A stretch of DNA of 63,874 nt, filler included, from Lenisia limosa (Eukaryota; Protista; Breviatea): assembly GCA_001655205.1 (NCBI GenBank). It is 7 parts of 7 records of this genome, joined end to end, with 100 filler letters (N's around TTAATTAATTAA, not from the genome) between each part and the next. Parts side by side here need not be neighbours in the genome. Positions count along the whole stretch, not along the records: positions 1 to 21,269 come from LPNZ01010013.1; 6 more parts are not named here. One strand, 5' to 3'. Under the pieces are notes generated by a model. That model saw only the letters and a program-made list of their open reading frames with translations, searched no databases and was not told the DNA's origin. This document shows, piece after piece, positions 1 through 13,215 of this stretch. Position 1 is the stretch's first letter; each line of letters starts with the position of its first letter. The position numbers were made by a program, and so were the translations under genes.

Positions 1-87
1 GGGGGTAACATGATATTTCATTTCCAGGCAAGTGCTCTTGGAAGGCTTCAGCCATACTGTCTTATTGTCTTCTCCCTCATCTTTCAG

Positions 88-1202
88 CGCCCGAGGTTGT
101 GAAGGGCCTGCCCTACGGTCCCGAGGTGGACTGGTGGGGTGTCGGCTGCCTTCTCTACGAAATGCTCACCGGAATCGTGGGGGGTCTGAGAAGATTTCTT
201 TTCCACATTATTGCTCTCCCTTCTTTTAATTGTTTTGCTTATTGTGACTATTTCAGCCCCCGTTCTACAGTGAAACTTCTGAAAAAGAAACGTTCGACAA
301 CATCCTTAAGTAGGCTTTGAGGAGATCGCCGGTGTACTGTTCTGTTGATTCATTTCTTCCTTTCATGCTTTTCTCACGGTCCTTTTTTCTTTACAATTGT
401 ATGTTTTCTTTCCTTATTGTTTCCACCTCTCACATTGCAGGGGTACTCCCGACTATCCCCCCTATCTGCCTTCTGACGCCCAGTGTCTCATTGAACAGGT
501 GAGGGGACCTAGTAACTTTTTTGTATACGATAGTCTCATCATTCTTCTCTTGTAGGGTATTAGCTTAGTACTGTTATCACTCTTGTAGCTTTTGACTGTG
601 GATGCGTCACAGCGTCTTGGTTCCGGTACAAATGGCGCCAACGCAATCAAGGTTTGCACGTGGTTGTAGAACTGTCAACTTTTTCAAAAAAGAGGAGAGG
701 GATGAACTTGTTCTAACATGAATTGTGCGTTATCTATTTTTTCTTTCTTTTCGCAAGCCTTTTCTTGAACTCATTCTTGCTACTCCTCCACCGTATCCTC
801 CTCTTATTAATGAGTAGTGCTACCTTAATTGATCACACTCACCCCCCCCCCCCNNNNNNNNNNNNNNNNNNNNNNNNNNNNNNNNNNNNNNNNNNNNNNN
901 NNNNNNNNNNNNNNNNNNCGCGAGATTGCGCCACCCCTCGGGTTCAAGCCGAAGCTGGACAGCGAGCTGGATGTTCGGCACTTTGACGCCGAATTCACGT
1001 GTCAGGACCCCCTGGATTCTGATGACGAGGTGCGTGCAGTCCTCGTTGATAGACTGGTGCTTTTTTGACCATCCACCCTTTGCAAACGTGTGATAGTTGT
1101 ACACGACCAAATTGCTTACTTCTTCAGGACCAAGGCAACACCAACTTGGACACTCATTTCGAAGGATTCACTTATGTTGATCGCTCTCTTCTTGATAGCT
1201 AA
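88..1202 (+). CDS. AGC-family Ser/Thr kinase (Akt/SGK/S6K/PKC-like), 3' exons only
   Basis: Spliced exons give APEVVKGLPYGPEVDWWGVGCLLYEMLTG, GTPDYPPYLPSDAQCLIEQ, LLTVDASQRLGSGTNGANAIK, FKPKLDSELDVRHFDAEFT and the hydrophobic motif HFEGFTYVDRS*. The 5' part lies outside the window. Confidence 0.93.
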
Positions 1203-1549
1203 GCTCTTTTAAATTAAGTTTCTTTTCTGTATGGTACATTTCCATTTCTTTTCGATATTATGCATTTATTAGTATGGGTACTGCTGGATTTCCCCTGTGG
1301 TGTAAGACTTAGTCATGGCGATCAACGTCACATCACTTATCCCTCCTCACTGACCACCTGACCATAGTTCGTGTGGACTTCATTCCCTTCTGATTATTTT
1401 TATAGATGCAGCTGTCAGAATATCACTCAGATTTTCTTTCAAAGTTTTTGCTTGTGGGGGGGGGGGGTCCACATTCACAACGTCATGCATATGATATAGA
1501 AAATTGAAAAAGAAACCTAGAAAACAAAAACAAAACAAACATGAAACAC

Positions 1550-4500
1550 TTATTGGATATTGAACCCCTCTGGTACCTTGACTTCTTTCTTGGATTCCCT
1601 CACAAGCTGCTGAAGCTGTGCCTGAAGTGTCAGCGACCTTAAGGACTGTGGGGATATAAAGATTTCTTAAGTATTGTGTGTAATGGTATGCTAAAAAAAC
1701 CCCTCCCGTTACACACCCTGCTAACCTTTACCGTTGGAATACCTTCGGGAATAACAGGTATGATGGACTTTTCAATATAAGTCACTAGTTTCGGAAACTG
1801 GTGTGGGAACCGTTTATTCAGAGTATACCCGCCATTCTGTAGGAGTCATCAAAAGCTCACGCGTACGTAATAAAGCATCACCCTCTTACCTGCAGCAAAG
1901 CAACGAGCACATGACCCGACACTTTTCGAACTTTGCTGTTCAGCAATCGGGCCACAACCGTCCAGAGATCGTTGTAGTACATGGGCTTGTCTTAAGGGTG
2001 ACAGAGGAACAGGGAAAGAGGTTCTAACCCAATACAAAGACCACTGAAAACCATACTACAGTAACAGCCAGTCAGCTCACCTTCGCCAAGATAGTCGATA
2101 GAGCAGTACGCAGCATAGAGAGAAGCATAGCCCCTCATCCTCTCCCAAAACTGCGATTCTGACTCGAGTTTATCGTCAGGGCCTTTCTGTGGGAAGATAT
2201 ATAACATGATTGAAAACATTGCCACTCTTGATCAATAACACCTTATTATTCCGTCACCCTTGCTAGCACCATGCCGACCTTGTATCCTGCTGAAAGTCGG
2301 AATTCCTCTGCTGTCTGGTTCTGAAATATAATGGGCAATATTTTTTTGGAATTCCACAAGGTTCTTTGAAACACGAGCTTACTATCCTACTCCACCCAAA
2401 AAGGACAAAAAAAAAGTCAACCTGATGAACAGTAGTATCCAGCCCTGGGAATACTTACCTTGTCCTTAGCAGGGAATTTCGGGGCCAAATACGGGCAGTG
2501 TCTGAATAAGAGGGCCATGTAAAGGTCATGAAGCTCAGGAAACTCCTTGACAAGCATAATCATGACACAAGCAATGGGGAATGATGAAGACTGAACAGGT
2601 GAATTTCAATCAAAGGAAGGCACAAGCTGAATCCATCCATAACAGATGTATCCAAGACAAAGACCCGATCGACCCACGGGATGGACATGACATTGTGACG
2701 ATCCCTGATCGACGAATTTATTGGCAACGATGATTCTGACGTAAGTCTGAATAGCCAAATCGCCTTGTTGTTGCAGCACGGCTTTCAACGCATCGGCCTA
2801 AGAGATATGACGGTAATGATCAAGAGAGTACATAAAACAAAATGATCAACAGATCTGAATCGAACCTTGGCGATGATCTGTGCCTGGGAAGCTGAGATCT
2901 GAGAGATCGGAACGTGAATGGCCTTTTTGATGGACTGTCTCAAGGTCCTAAACTCGTAACAGGGCAGAGGCTTAAAATCAAATCTTTTGCTAATGTGCCC
3001 ATGCGATATGCATATTCGAGTCGCCTTCTCACAAAAACCCATTGGGCTTACATTAAGCCAGGAATGACAACAATACACCAATCCGTTGTCCTCACTTATG
3101 CTCATTGGTTGTAGCATGGATAAGGGAATCAGCGTGTGTCTTCAGCGTCTCGTAATTGGTCATAATTTCATTGTAGCTCTTCTCAGCGGCAACAGAGGGG
3201 AATACTATATAATTAGTCCGGAAATGGGAAAGATACATATAATATCATATAGTTTAGCAAAGTTACCCCAAACTGATACAATACACTACCCCAACCCGAA
3301 GCCGAGAGGCCAGCTGCAACAGTTGTGGGTTTAGAAGGCGGGGTTTTGGACGGAGCATCGGGTATGGCGGCGGGGGCTGCCTTCTTGTCGGGGGTGGCTA
3401 TGAAATGACCATGTGCTCATTGTGTTGGAGCAACAAAAACAATCTTAGGGCGCCTACTTGGGAGAGTGGAGGTTGTGGTATTTATCAGGCCAGCAAAAGG
3501 TGACGACTTGGGGGGTTCTGCTTCCTTCTAAAAAATGGATTTTGCGTGTAAAATAGTCAAAATACTAAGTAGAAGATTTGCTATTGGCAATAGGCTTCCT
3601 TTTTGGGTTCGTTTAATAGTCCCATTTCATCTCAAAAACTCATTTCAAAACACCACACAACCCTGCCCACTTCCTCTTTGGGTTTGACCGTCAGAATATC
3701 AACCGGTTTGTTCAGCTCCAACTTTGGCTTTGGTGGAGTCTTCGGCTGAACGGTTGGAATTGGGCCACTTGCACAACCTCATACACTCCGAATATTCAGA
3801 ACAAATGCTGAAAAACAGACTCCTCCCCATGGTATTGTGTATTTCATTTAAATTTAAACAATAAGCTCTCAAACACTGAACGTCATCTTCATGTCGCTCA
3901 CTTTTGTTTTCTCTTTCAGTAACTCCAAACGCTTCAGCTCAGCTTCCTTCAACTGCTGCAGTCTTTTGGCCTCTTCATCATATCGCTTCTGCATACCAGT
4001 AAAGAGAAGGGTGGTATTTCTGAAAGATCCTTCCATACTTTACTTTTGCTGAGATAAATGATTCCAAATCTTAAGTCTCCTCAGGAGTAAGATTGTCAGC
4101 TTACTTGTTCTTCGAGGATCTTTATTCTCTCTTGGCGAAGTTGTTCCCTTTCTCTTTCCATCTCCTTTCGCTCGTTTAGGGCTTTTCTTCTCTCAAGATC
4201 TAGACAATCACGAGGACAAGGCAGAAAGCAACTAAGCACATACCAACTTTCCACAGTTGAAAACTCTTGTATAATAAGCCTGAAGTATCCCCACCACCAT
4301 TATTATTCCATCCCATCCCACAATCAGCTGACGCCTGGGCCTCGCAATAGCTCATCAAGAGACTGCGAATATTGTCTTCTTCCGACGGTGCCCCCCTGTC
4401 ACAATGAAAATCGCTCAGCAAGACGTTTATGCTCAATGGATTTATTAAAAACCTCGATAAATATGTATCTTTTTGGAGAGTAGGGACGACTATAGCAAGG

Positions 4501-5895
4501 AAAGTTAAAATAAGTCAGGTAAAGCTGGTTGCTCACAGAGACAGGGTCGATAGTCGTGAAGATTGTACCTCCGGGACTAAACTGTCAGAAAAAAAAAAAA
4601 TAGTACTAGCGGAAGTTACAAACCCAAACTAGAGGCTAATTAACTCAGCCTCAAGGTCAAAGCTTCTTCTCACCCCCAGTGTTGTTTCCTACAATTACAG
4701 CAATCACTCTCGATGCGCTCCACTGATATGCACAACCACAACCATAATATATATACTATATATATATAGTATATGATATATCATATATGATATATAAGTA
4801 CCTCTTTATATGATCCTTATTTTTACAATCTCCATCCAAACAACCAGCAACCTTCGTCGTCAAGAGATGCCAGGATACTTTGTCGCAATGCAGTCTAAAG
4901 GGGTAACATACTGCAGCTACCTCAGTTGATGATGCTACAGAAACAAGAAGAAAAATGTCTATTAATATAATAAGGCGTGTAACACTCCATCTATTCACAT
5001 CAACAAGCCATCTTAATATCAGGAAAGCATCCTCACGTAATATGTTAACATTTCGTTCTTTGATCAACATAGTCATTCCAAGCTGCCCTTTGCCTGCTCA
5101 CCTCCACTCTAGCTTGGTTGAGGGGCTGCGGCTCCCCAAACAGGTTCATGCGGGTTGGTCTGGTGTGGTAATAAAATGGGGGGGTGGGTATGAAACGAAT
5201 GAAAAAACCCTCCACAAAAATGCATTTAAAAATCGGTTAATGTTGGAGAGAAAGAATTGTACTTTGTGACAGTAATTAAGCCTTGGTATTACGTATTGAA
5301 TTCCATATTAATCTTGAACAAAGAGATGGACACAGTCCAGGACGTGATGNNNNNNNNNNNNNNNNNNNNNNNNNNNNNNNNNNNNNNNNNNNNNNNNNNN
5401 NNNNNNNNNNNNNNNNNNNNNNNNNNNNNNNNNNNNNNNNNNNNNNNNNNNNNNNNNNNNNNNNNNNNACTCTTCTTCTTCTGTTGTTGATCCGTCGACT
5501 TCTGGGGGAGGGGGAATAGTTTCAGTTGTTTTGGCAGGCGTTGGGAGTGTTTCAAATGATTTTGTAAAGTAGAGGGAGGTGGTAGCTTGGGGAGGAGGCT
5601 TGGGGACATAAGAAGAGGTGAGATTCTGCCGCTGAGACGCTCTCAGAGCCGACGCTCGTAAGTAATAGTTTTCATCTTCATCTTCAGTGCTTCCATCATT
5701 GCCGTCAGGATCGTTTTCTTCAAGAGATGCTTTCACTAAATCTTTACCAACCGCTTCCATAGAAAACGCAGACTTATAGTTGACTTCCGCATATCCTAAA
5801 CATGGTGAGAATGGTGCATGGAAATATAGCTTCTTCATACGTCCAGAAAAGTGAACATCAGGTTCTGTAGGGCTCTCTGTCGGAACACTGGCCAT
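1550..5895 (-). CDS. GLE1: mRNA export factor GLE1-like (multi-exon)
   Basis: Exons give RQSIKKAIHVPISQISASQAQII, IIVANKFVDQG, SSFPIACVMIMLVKEFPELHDLYMALLFRHCPYLAPKFP and ESQFWERMRGYASLYAAY, matching the GLE1 C-terminal domain. A coiled-coil exon (MQKRYDEEAKRLQQLKEAELKR) lies upstream. The start at ORF 5895 is inferred. Confidence 0.85.
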
Positions 5896-6271
5896 AATGA
5901 TGGCCGTCTAGTACAATAGGTGATATATCTAAAGGATACCTTCGATAAAATTCCACATGCTCTTTCTCTTACTTTTCTATGATCTAACAGATCTACTTTC
6001 CTTTTTTGCCAAATTAGGCAAGAATGGCACTCTCTTTATGAAGAAAATGTTCCAATCATTGCGTTATTTCTTTGTGTCTTCTCTTCCAGTTGTGTTCTTT
6101 GAGACACAAGCGCTATCAGTAGAAAAGGCTCTCTTCGTTGCATTTTTAAGAGGAGCGCTGGATGCAAGTACTGAAGTATGTGACGGGATAGTCACACCGG
6201 GAACGCCCGTATTGTGGACCATTTGAATGTGCATGGTGACTTTTTCATTTGAATGATTTCTAACAAAGTAG

Positions 6272-9200
6272 AGCGCTAGCCCCCGTGACACGATTTTCTG
6301 CCTTGCAAACAGTTCGGCACTTACGGACCATTATGACAAGTAAGGGGGGGGGGGGGGGNNNNNNNNNNNNNNNNNNNNNNNNNNNNNNNNNNNNNNNNNN
6401 NNNNNNNNNNNNNNNNNNNNNNNNNNNNNNNNNNNNNNNNNNNNNNNNNNTGATCTGATTATTTAGAAAATCCCTTTGATGAGACATCTCTCAGAACCCT
6501 TGAGGTACACTCAGATTTGATTTGGATGAAACAAAAGCCAAAAATATTCCATTGGCTGGCATCATTTCAATAATACTTAGATGCGTTCCTCATGGTATCT
6601 AGGTTAATGGTAGCGAGTACTCTTATTACGACATTAGAGCGCAATGCTCTCACCTTGGTAGGAGATTTGATGTTGCAATGGGGACTGCCTTTTCACTGAT
6701 TTGCAAACAAATTATTAACGAAAGACCGGGTTAACTTCTTATAGACAAACTACCATACTCGATCCGCGTATTACTCGAGGCAGCCATCAGAAAATGTGAC
6801 AAGTCCGAGGGTATAGTATACATCATAGAATAGGTCAACCAACCACAGCAGTTTCCCCAATATCCCTTCAATATCAACCATTCTACATGACAATTCAGCT
6901 TCTCGGTTACTGAAGCGGACGTTGCCACTGTGAAAAACTGGGAACAAACTTCAAAGGTAAGTAACTACACATACTGCGCGCAATACCAAGTTTTTCTAAA
7001 TTTCAGGAAGGGAAGGAAATTGCCTTTTCCCCCTCGAGGGTTATTCTTCAAGATTTCACGTAAGCGTAGCCTATTCCCTTTGACTTTTATTAATCAATAA
7101 AACATAATGCCATTCCTTGACTTTCAACCTGGATACTGGACTTCCCATACTGATAGTGTAGAGGAGTGCCAGCAGTGGTGGACTTAGCGGCCATGCGAGA
7201 TGCCCATAAACGACTGGGTAGGCATATAATAACAAAAGAAATCATCATGCTTCGTCTTGGAGGTAAAACCTGCAACATCAGCAGTAACTCTCATAGGAGG
7301 AGACCCATCCAAAATCACCCCCCAAACCCAAGTGGATTTGGTCATAGATCACAGTGTTCAGGTTGACGTTGCAGGAGTGTATNNNNNNNNNNNNNNNNNN
7401 NNNNNNNNNNNNNNNNNNNNNNNNNNNNNNNNNNNNNNNNNNNNNNNNNNNNNNNNNNNNNNNNNNNNNNNNNNNNACGTCCAGTCGTGTCCTTTATTTC
7501 TGACCTTTATAGTCCCACTGCTGTGGCTGACAATATGAAAAAGGAGTTTGAGAGGAACCACGAGAGATTCGCATTCCTGAAGTGGGGGAGCTCAGCCTTC
7601 GACAATCTCCGCATTATTCCGCCGGGGGGTGGCATTGTGCACCAGGTATGATAGTTGGCGTGCGATACTGCTATGTACTTTGTTATATACACTTTATTGG
7701 GGCTTTGAACACGAGTAACTGCGTTAGTTGTGTGATGCGTTGTTGCTCCCTGTCCCACCTAAACAGTTCTCATGATGAATTTATCAGCTTTACAATTCCA
7801 GGTCAATTTAGAGTACCTTGCCCACGTGGTCATGAAAGGCAAAGACAACCTGGTATATCCTGATAGCCTTGTGGGCACCGACTCGCATACGACAATGATC
7901 AACGGTCTTGGCGTCACGGGATGGGGTGGGAGGGCTTCAGGTTCAGGTTCAATAGGATCCGCCCGGTAATGGTTAACTTACATTGTGTTAAAATTTTATG
8001 TGATATTCAATCCACGGCTTGGGTTGAGATTTTTCGAAATTTTTTAAAACTCAAACAAAATGGACGTTAGACTTTCTACTTTTCGCCTTGTCTTATTCCT
8101 TCAGGTGTAGGAGGTATCGAAGCCGAAGCGGTCATGCTTGGCCAACCGATCAGACTCACTTTACCAGAGGTTGGTCAAAACAACTTCTTTAGAATGAGCA
8201 ACTGATAACATTGATAATAGGGATCAAATCATAGAATATATAATGCACAAATAATATCCGTTCCAGAGTATCAAATCTGACATATCAGGTTGTGGGCTTC
8301 AACTTACACGGTACCCTTCCGCCAACTTCAACCGCCACTGATCTGGTGCTGACTGTCGTCCAGGTGGGGTGTTTGGTTCCCAATTTCTCATACTATATCG
8401 AGGAGTTATCGAACTCACTTTGGACAAATCCACCTCCATCCTTCACAGGGACAGTGCGTTAATGTTTTTAAAGTGACTGTTCTTCAGCTGCTGCGCCAAA
8501 CCGGAGTGGTCGGCAAGTTTATTGAGTTCTACGGCCCGGGCTTATCTGGACTGAGCATTGCCGATCGCGCCACTATCGCGTAAGCTCCAATATGTTTATT
8601 TGCTTGTTGGTAAACATAAAGATCTACAGTAGATACTTAATCATGTCACCAATTTAGCAACATGTGCCCTGAATACGGTGCCACCATGGGCTTCTTTCCT
8701 CCTGATGAGGAGTCCCTGAATTATCTCCGGTGGCTGGGGCTGTGACTACATCACTGGGGGTTGAGACATTTCTTGCCATGTCTATGATTTGGTTTGATCA
8801 AAGGCGAAAATATTATGTATGTTGATCACATCCACTTAACGGAGGCCTATTGACTTGTGACCTGTGTCATCCCTTAGAACCACTGATAGAGGAGACCAAG
8901 CAACGTTGTGTGAGAAGTATCTCAAGGCTCAGGTACGAATACAATTGAGAATAACTGTAACAATATACTATTTAAGCAGGAGTCCAATTAAATTGCGAAA
9001 ACAATGTTTTTTTGGAATTTCGCCGTGGAATATTGCAAGAATATGCACTTTTCTGGGTCAACTCCAAGTGATTGGAAGATATAATATTTTTTCGTTTTCT
9101 AGGTATTAACTTTTCCTGAAATATTGGTCAAATCGTAAAGTTTCTAGTCTAAAATCACCCATAGAAAGTTTCTGGTCTATAATCACCCATAGAAAGTACT

Positions 9201-12200
9201 AAATTCTATTAATTTAGATAATGATTTATAAAGTGATGTAAAACAGAGACATTACTGTGCCCTCAGGAATTCAGCTAAAAATCTCACGGAAACGATTAAA
9301 CTCAACATTATACAATTGTCCACCCCAGGCCCCAAATCGTATTAACTGGGTTACAAACATTTAATGGGACTCCCGCTTTAACCAATTCCTTCATCATTCA
9401 CAGTCTCTAATTCCTTACCCCACAGTCTCTCATGATGTCTGAAGCAGCCGCGATCCCCTCATATAGCCAAACAGTAGAGCTTGACTTGAGCACAGTGGTT
9501 CCCTCCTTATCGGGACCAAAAAGGCCACAGGTAGATATGGGCTGTCTCTTGTAGAACATAATTTCGTTGAAGCGGTTAGGTTAGTGACGTATTTCGGGAC
9601 TCAATAGAGCTTTAGTCACAAAAAGCCTGTAAACTCTCTTGATTTTATGTGACCATGGTATCTCGCAACCCACTAACCTGCTAGGACCGCGTTCCAATGA
9701 CGGAAATGAAAACAACTTTCGCCAAGTCGTTGCGTGAACCAGTCTCTCTGCAGTCCTTCGGCGTGGCAGACGTCAACAAAAGTCCGCATGTGATGTTAGT
9801 CATTTTTGACTTTGTTATTCTGAATGACTTCATAGTTGTCTATTCTTCAAAGCATGTATTGCATGACAATTGTCCGTCATTCCATCCTTACCATTTGTTC
9901 AGAAGCCGAGGTGGTTGTGAAAGACACAACAAGCGTGATCCATCATGGGTCCGTGGTTCTCGCCGCCATCACGTCCTGCACCAACACCAGCAATCCGTCA
10001 GTGATGCTTGGTGCCGGCATGCTGGCCGAAAGAGCCGTCAAGCGAGGCCTCTCGGTCAAGGTGGGGTACCATGTTAGCTATCCAAGGCCTTCTCTCCCTA
10101 ACCAGTATTACTCAATATCACAGACCAGTACGCCCAATACTCATATTCCACAGCTGTTCACAATATCTGTCTATATTCTAGTGTATTATATTATGGCATG
10201 GTGTGGTGTGGACAACTTCAACAGATACCCCTCCCTTTATCCCATCCATACTCGTGACCCTCTAGCCATGGGTCAAAACGTCCCTTTCGCCAGGGTCGGG
10301 TGTTGTAGAGTTGTACCTCAGGAACAGTGGCTATCTTAAGTCCCTTGAAAAACTGGTACGAATTGTTGCCTTCCCGTATTGCATCAACATTAGAATTTCC
10401 TTGTGTCATTCCTTATAGGGCTTCAACGTTGTCGGCTTCGGCTGCATGACTTGTATCGGCAACTCTGGGCCTTTGGACAACAACATTGTGGATGCAATCA
10501 CTGACAAGTGGGGTGTTTAGACGCTAAGCCCCAAACTGACCATTCAGTGACCTGGTTGTTGCTGGCGTTTTGAGCGGCAATAGGAACTTTGAAGGCAGAA
10601 TTCACCCCCACATTCAAGTAGGTTATTGAGACGTTGGAGTATTTCTTACACCTTAGGCCAACTACCTCGCAAGTCCCATTCTGGTTGGTAAATAGGAACA
10701 ATGACAGTTTGTACACACACGGGTTGTAATTTTATTTTCCCAAGCGACGTTCTTTATTACCACTATCCAAACATGGTGCTATTGAAGAAGTTCACTAACC
10801 GCCAGGTCGTAGCATACGCGCTGGCCGGTCGCGTTGATATCGACTTCGACGCTGAACCTCTGGGTATGGAACCACATGTCTAACCGGAATCTTCCTGGAC
10901 ATTCCTAATTTATTCATATCATATCTTATGGCGATCTCAGCCTCCTCACAAATCAGGTGTTGACAAATATGGGGAGAACGTGTATCTTCGAGACATCTTT
11001 CCGGACAGTGACGCCATCAGTGACGGTACGCTGGTGCATCAAAGGAGAAACCTAAGTGTAAATACTAATGGCTGAATAATATAGTATGGGCGCGTGCCCA
11101 TACTATTATTTGGGTACATCGTGTTAGTCATAATATTAATGAGTTTCGTCATCGTTTCTTCAGCTCAGACCAGTTTTCTTGACACATTCAGTGGTGAATA
11201 GTTATGTCACTGCCGACCTCTTTAAGGAGGGCTATTTGCACGTAACAGAAGGGGACAGTTCATGGCAAAACATCGATGTAGGCCCCCTAATAGGAAATCA
11301 TATGACATACTATGGGATCGGCCGGATGCAGCCATGCTTTATTTCCTATTCTGCCAAGCAAATATTTTATTATATACTATTACTTAGAATAGTATTATAT
11401 CATACTAACGCCTTTTTGAAAGATGCCTCTTTTGGCTCACTTTCAGGTCGAGAAATCTGTGACATACCCTTGGTCAGACAGCACATACATTCACAACCCC
11501 CCGTTCTTCAAGACAATGCAGAAGACACCCGAACCGATCAAACCGTTCAATGTCGGTCATTTGCTGAGCTGGGTGAAATGAATAGATTGACATGCTTCAG
11601 GCCATATCTATGACCTTATGTTCTCTTACTATCAAGGAGTTACCTTGCCTTCTGATGCTTGGAGACTCCATCACTACTGACCACATATCTCCTGCCGGCT
11701 CCATATGTGGGTGTTGGCGTTTGATCCAAATCTTTAATAACATGGTACCGCTATTCCGATAAGGTTATAGTGAAGCCCCGATGACCCTTCAGCTTACCGC
11801 TCTCCTGCAGCGCGCTACTTAGAGGACCACGGCATTGATAGAAGGGACTTCAATACCTATGGCTCACGAAGGGGCAATGACGAAGTTGGAGGGGAGCAGA
11901 TTAGTTATATGTTTATCATTCTGTCCCCGTTGACCATGCAGGTAATGGTTCGAGGCACATTTGCAAACGTTCGACTGGTCAACAAACTAGCCTCCAAAAC
12001 CGGCCCATTCACCTACAACCATCTCACTGGGGAAGAGGTGGGCGTCACCTTGAGACTGGGTATTCGAGTAGTTTTCTTCCTCGACAAACAAGACCCCTTA
12101 CCTCGCTAGGACTTCATATACAACGTGGCAATGGACTACAAGGAAGGCTCAGTTATCGTTGCTGGTAAGCCCCTTCAAGACTATGGTCATTTCAGATCCC

Positions 12201-13109
12201 TTTTTATGCATTCTCTAAATGGAGTTGAGGTATTGCTTTAGTGTTCTATTATCGCTTTACACCTCACGAGAATTAACAAATTGACTGGCCTGGGCTTTGT
12301 TTGTTGTTATCAACCCTCGTGTGTTGTCAGCAGCCAACAGAGTTGATTTTGGGCTTTTTGTTTGTTTCATAAATTTTTCCAGTCCCATATAAGGACTAAC
12401 ACCACTCCCCTCACCAGGCAAGGACTACGGAAGTGGGTCGTCACGTGACTGGGCGGCCAAGGGCCCGGCTCTGCAGGGGGTTAGGGCTATTATCGCCGAG
12501 AGCTTCGAGAGAATCCACAGATCGTGGGCTCGATTCCTGGATTGGCGTATTAGATTTACACAGGAGTATCAGTTTTGTAGCAATAAATGAGGGCCAATTC
12601 GTCTAAAATCCAACCAGTATCTCCTTTTCCATTTGATATCACATCGTTGATAATTCTGTCGGACAGCAATCACCCTCGTAGCAACTTGGCAGGCATGGGT
12701 ATTTTGCCCCTTCAGTTCAGCGAAGGAGACTCAGCTGACAGCCTAGGTCTCACCGGCAAGGTATGGCACTGTCTTCCTCGTACTCTATGTGGCTTTTATT
12801 GTTAAGGAGCGATTCACCATTCAACTCCCTGACGAGATTGAGCCAAAAATGCCTGTCGTAATCAAAGTAAGTTGCTGTGTCTCAGTTACATTTTTTTAAA
12901 AAAAAATTCTTAGCCTTTCTAGTCCTTCTAGCCATATGACCTATCTGATACAATAACGCTTCAGACTTCTTCTGGAAAGTCCCTGAGCTGCATTTTACGT
13001 TTCGACACTCTGGCGGAAGTCGAGTATTTCAGAAACCAGGTTTGTGTCTTTCACTTCAATCCTTACCTTCCAGGGAATCCTGAACTATGTCATCCGCTCA
13101 ATGCTCTGA
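6272..13109 (+). CDS. ACO1: Aconitate hydratase, AcnA/IRP1 type, many introns
   Basis: Exons give [71 protein letters not shown] (4Fe-4S Cys), [16 protein letters not shown] and [11 protein letters not shown] (stop 13107-13109). The 5' end is not fully resolved. Confidence 0.97.
12284..12381 (+). repeat. Dispersed intronic repeat family R1 (representative copy)
   Basis: ACTGGCCTGGGCTTTGTTTG...TCAACCCTCGTGTGTTG...CAACAGAGTTGATTTTGGGC...GTTTCATAAATTTTCCA. Related copies at 16056-16158(-), 20320-20346(-), 21811-21866, 24023-24116, 24268-24390, 27769-27840, 28141-28268, 28389-28454(-), 28970-29010, 58830-58950(-) and 63597-63650(-). Confidence 0.85.
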
Positions 13110-13215
13110 ACCAGATACTGCACACCTTTGTCTTTATACCTCTAGAAATGAACCCTTATTGTGCAGCAAACTGGTGCAAGAAAAGAACACCATACATAAA
13201 TACAAAGCTAAGAAA

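Noticed and set aside
5349-5468. Poly-X stretches in the ORF track suggesting long uninterrupted ORFs
   Set aside because: They are translations of masked N runs, so ORFs spanning them are not evidence of coding.
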